A stretch of DNA of 64,000 nucleotides, taken from contig JADZAC010000049.1 of assembly GCA_020852835.1 (NCBI GenBank), positions 19,378-83,377 of the forward strand, written 5' to 3'. The notes under the pieces were generated by a model that ran no database searches, was not told the origin of the DNA, and saw nothing but the letters and a program-made list of their open reading frames with translations. Origin of the DNA: Flavobacteriales bacterium. Lineage in GTDB: Bacteria; Bacteroidota; Bacteroidia; Flavobacteriales_F; PHOS-HE28. The translations under genes were made by a program, and so were the position numbers. Position 1 is the stretch's first letter; each line of letters starts with the position of its first letter. Below are positions 62,300-64,000 of this stretch, in pieces.

Positions 62300-63505
62300 T
62301 CAAGCCGGCACGCCCGCCCTCGCCTTCCTCACCGCCCCTTCCACCTTGTCCAAGAAGGTGTTCAGTTCCGCCTCCGTCCACGTTACGCGGATGTTGAAGC
62401 TGATGAGCCTGCTCAGCACGGCATCGCTCTTGGGGAATTGCAAGGTCTTCAGGTCCTGCGGCAGGCCGAGCTCGTGGGCCACGGTGCGGAAAGGCATCTT
62501 GAGGTCCTTCAACTGGTTCCACTGTTTGATGTAGTGGTACATGTTGTCGTACCAGTAGGCGCCGCCCACGCCGGCTTCGATCATCGCTTTGTTCGCGGCA
62601 CGCGCCACGGCTTCCGTGGGGAAGAACAGGTGGAAGAAGGTGGCACTGTCGCCCGCATCGTCGCACTGCTTGCGGAAAGTGAGGCCAGGGATCTTCGCCA
62701 TGCGCGCCTGGATGATGGCCTTGTGCTTGCGCTGCTGGCTTAGGATGTAAGGCAGCTTCCGCGCCTGCGCCAAGCCGATGGCGGCATTGATCTCGCCCAT
62801 GCGGTAGTTGGTGCCGAGGATGTAGTGCGGCTCCATGCCGCGGTTGTCGCCTTCGTGGCTGTGGCCGTGGTCGCTGAAGTGCTGGGCGGTGGTGTAGAGC
62901 TGGTCGTCGTTGGTGATCACCACGCCGCCTTCGCCGCAGGTATTGATCTTGAAAAAGTCGAAGCTGAAGCTGCCCATCTTGCCGTACAGCCCGAGGTGCT
63001 TGCCTTTGTAGGTGGAGCCGAGGGCCTGCGCGGTGTCTTCGATCAGCATGATGTTCTTCTCCTTGCACACGGCCAGGATGCCGTCGAGGTCGGCGGCGGC
63101 GCCGCACATGTGTACCAGCAGCACGGCCTTGGTCTTGGGCGTGATGGCGTTGCGGATGCCCTCGGCGCTGAGGCAAAGGGTCTCGTCGATCTCGGCGAAC
63201 ACGGGGATGGCCCCGGCCAGCAATACGCTTTCAATGGTGGCGATGAAGGTGAAGGGCGGCACGATGACATGATCGCCATAGCCCACGCCGCACGCGGCCA
63301 GCATGGTGCTCACCGCCGTGCTGCCGCTGCTCACCCCCAGCGCATGCTTCGCCCCGGTGAATTGGGCGATCTCCGCCTCAAACTCCTTCGCTTTCCAATG
63401 GCCCTTGCGTTGGGCATCGTGGTTGTAGCGGAAGAGCACGCCCGTCTCCAGGACGTCCATCACTTCCTTGCGTTCCTCATTGCTAAAAAGTTCAGTGCCG
63501 GGCAT
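62300..63505 (-). CDS. DegT/DnrJ/EryC1/StrS-family PLP-dependent aminotransferase
   Basis: 401 aa. N-terminus MPGTELFSNEERKEVMDVLETGVLFRY and a PLP-Lys region (SFSFDFFKIN). Confidence 0.8.
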   Translation of the reverse strand: MPGTELFSNEERKEVMDVLETGVLFRYNHDAQRKGHWKAKEFEAEIAQFTGAKHALGVSSGSTAVSTMLAACGVGYGDHVIVPPFTFIATIESVLLAGAIPVFAEIDETLCLSAEGIRNAITPKTKAVLLVHMCGAAADLDGILAVCKEKNIMLIEDTAQALGSTYKGKHLGLYGKMGSFSFDFFKINTCGEGGVVITNDDQLYTTAQHFSDHGHSHEGDNRGMEPHYILGTNYRMGEINAAIGLAQARKLPYILSQQRKHKAIIQARMAKIPGLTFRKQCDDAGDSATFFHLFFPTEAVARAANKAMIEAGVGGAYWYDNMYHYIKQWNQLKDLKMPFRTVAHELGLPQDLKTLQFPKSDAVLSRLISFNIRVTWTEAELNTFLDKVEGAVRKARAGVPA

Positions 63506-63617
63506 GGTTTTTCGTTTTTCGCGAACAAAGGTAGAACCTGCCCTGTTGCATTACCGGTCACGAAGACCAACCGGCCGCGAATGGGCCGGGCTTGTTCAAC
63601 CAAAATCCAATAGATCC

Positions 63618-64000
63618 ATGGAACGCATTGCAAAAGCCCAATGGAAGGGCACCATCAAGGAAGGCAAAGGCAGCATTACCGCGCCCAGCGGCGTATTGAG
63701 CAACAGCCCCTACTCCTACCTCACCCGTTTTGAGAACGGTATCGGCACCAATCCGGAAGAACTCATCGGCGCAGCTCACGCGGGCTGCTTCGGCATGATG
63801 ACCTCGTTGCTGCTTTCCAAAGCCGGCCACAAACCGGAACAACTGGACACCGAAGCCAAGGTAACCCTGAACGACGTGAACGGCCTGCCCACCATCACGG
63901 ACATCCACTTGAAGATCCGCGGCAAGGTGCCCGGTATCAACAAGGCGGAATTCACCAAGATCGCCGAGGAGGCAAAGGCAAAATGCCCGGTAAGCCGCTT
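63618..64000 (+). CDS. OsmC/Ohr-family peroxiredoxin-like protein. The 3' end is truncated by the window edge.
   Basis: MERIAKAQWKGTIKEGKGSI...LIGAAHAGCFGMM contains the OsmC conserved Cys region. Confidence 0.7.
   Translation, partial: MERIAKAQWKGTIKEGKGSITAPSGVLSNSPYSYLTRFENGIGTNPEELIGAAHAGCFGMMTSLLLSKAGHKPEQLDTEAKVTLNDVNGLPTITDIHLKIRGKVPGINKAEFTKIAEEAKAKCPVSR

Noticed and set aside
58450-63505. Considered whether the Fe-ADH/DHQS-like gene plus the DegT-family aminotransferase mark an aminocyclitol (2-deoxy-scyllo-inosose synthase plus aminotransferase) pathway.
   Set aside because: The 360-aa protein has the GGGxxxDxAK and HxxxH signatures of class III Fe-alcohol dehydrogenases, not the DHQS motifs. 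The two genes are 3 kb apart and on opposite sides of unrelated genes.

Overview
This 64 kb window is a high-GC (about 65%) chromosomal segment that looks like a Bacteroidota genome. Indicators of that lineage:
- a PorQ/PorP-like type IX secretion (T9SS) membrane protein plus four proteins carrying T9SS C-terminal sorting domains;
- Rho with a long acidic and poly-Q N-terminal insertion, flanked by DUF4293 and DUF4199 genes;
- LytTR and HisKA_2-type two-component proteins;
- BshA (bacillithiol biosynthesis);
- a TAnnTTTG -7 promoter motif upstream of several genes.

I call about 58 protein-coding genes, almost all on one clear frame. Housekeeping: dnaE, trxA, rho, lon, truA, queA, ispH, cmk, mpl, pepD, and a tightly overlapping serC-serA-DUF1015-yggS operon. 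I found no rRNA, tRNA, CRISPR array, transposase, integrase or prophage gene.

Many long reverse-strand ORFs in the supplied track are high-GC shadow ORFs and are rejected.

Content that looks accessory or regulatory:
1. A tandem triplet of paralogous T9SS-secreted alpha/beta-hydrolase (lipase/esterase-like) genes immediately downstream of a TPR sensor kinase and LytTR regulator pair.
2. An ion and anion homeostasis cluster: beta-CA translationally coupled to SulP, PiT with its DUF47 partner, a gamma-CA-like protein and a KefB-like antiporter.
3. A soluble REC-REC-HK module next to an NYN-CSD RNase-like gene and a second HisKA_2 kinase.
4. Two copies of a roughly 44 nt palindromic element flanking a T9SS beta-propeller cargo gene.
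5. Several striking intergenic motifs: a 4x GATCAGNN tandem array, a 15 bp inverted repeat pair, and a perfect 16 bp palindrome inside a roughly 400 bp non-coding gap.

I do not see one system that is clearly new. The most testable candidates are the LytTR-adjacent secreted-lipase triplet and the repeated palindromic element.

Coordinates follow the supplied ORF table frames. Starts were refined to internal Met codons where N-terminal conservation made that clear.
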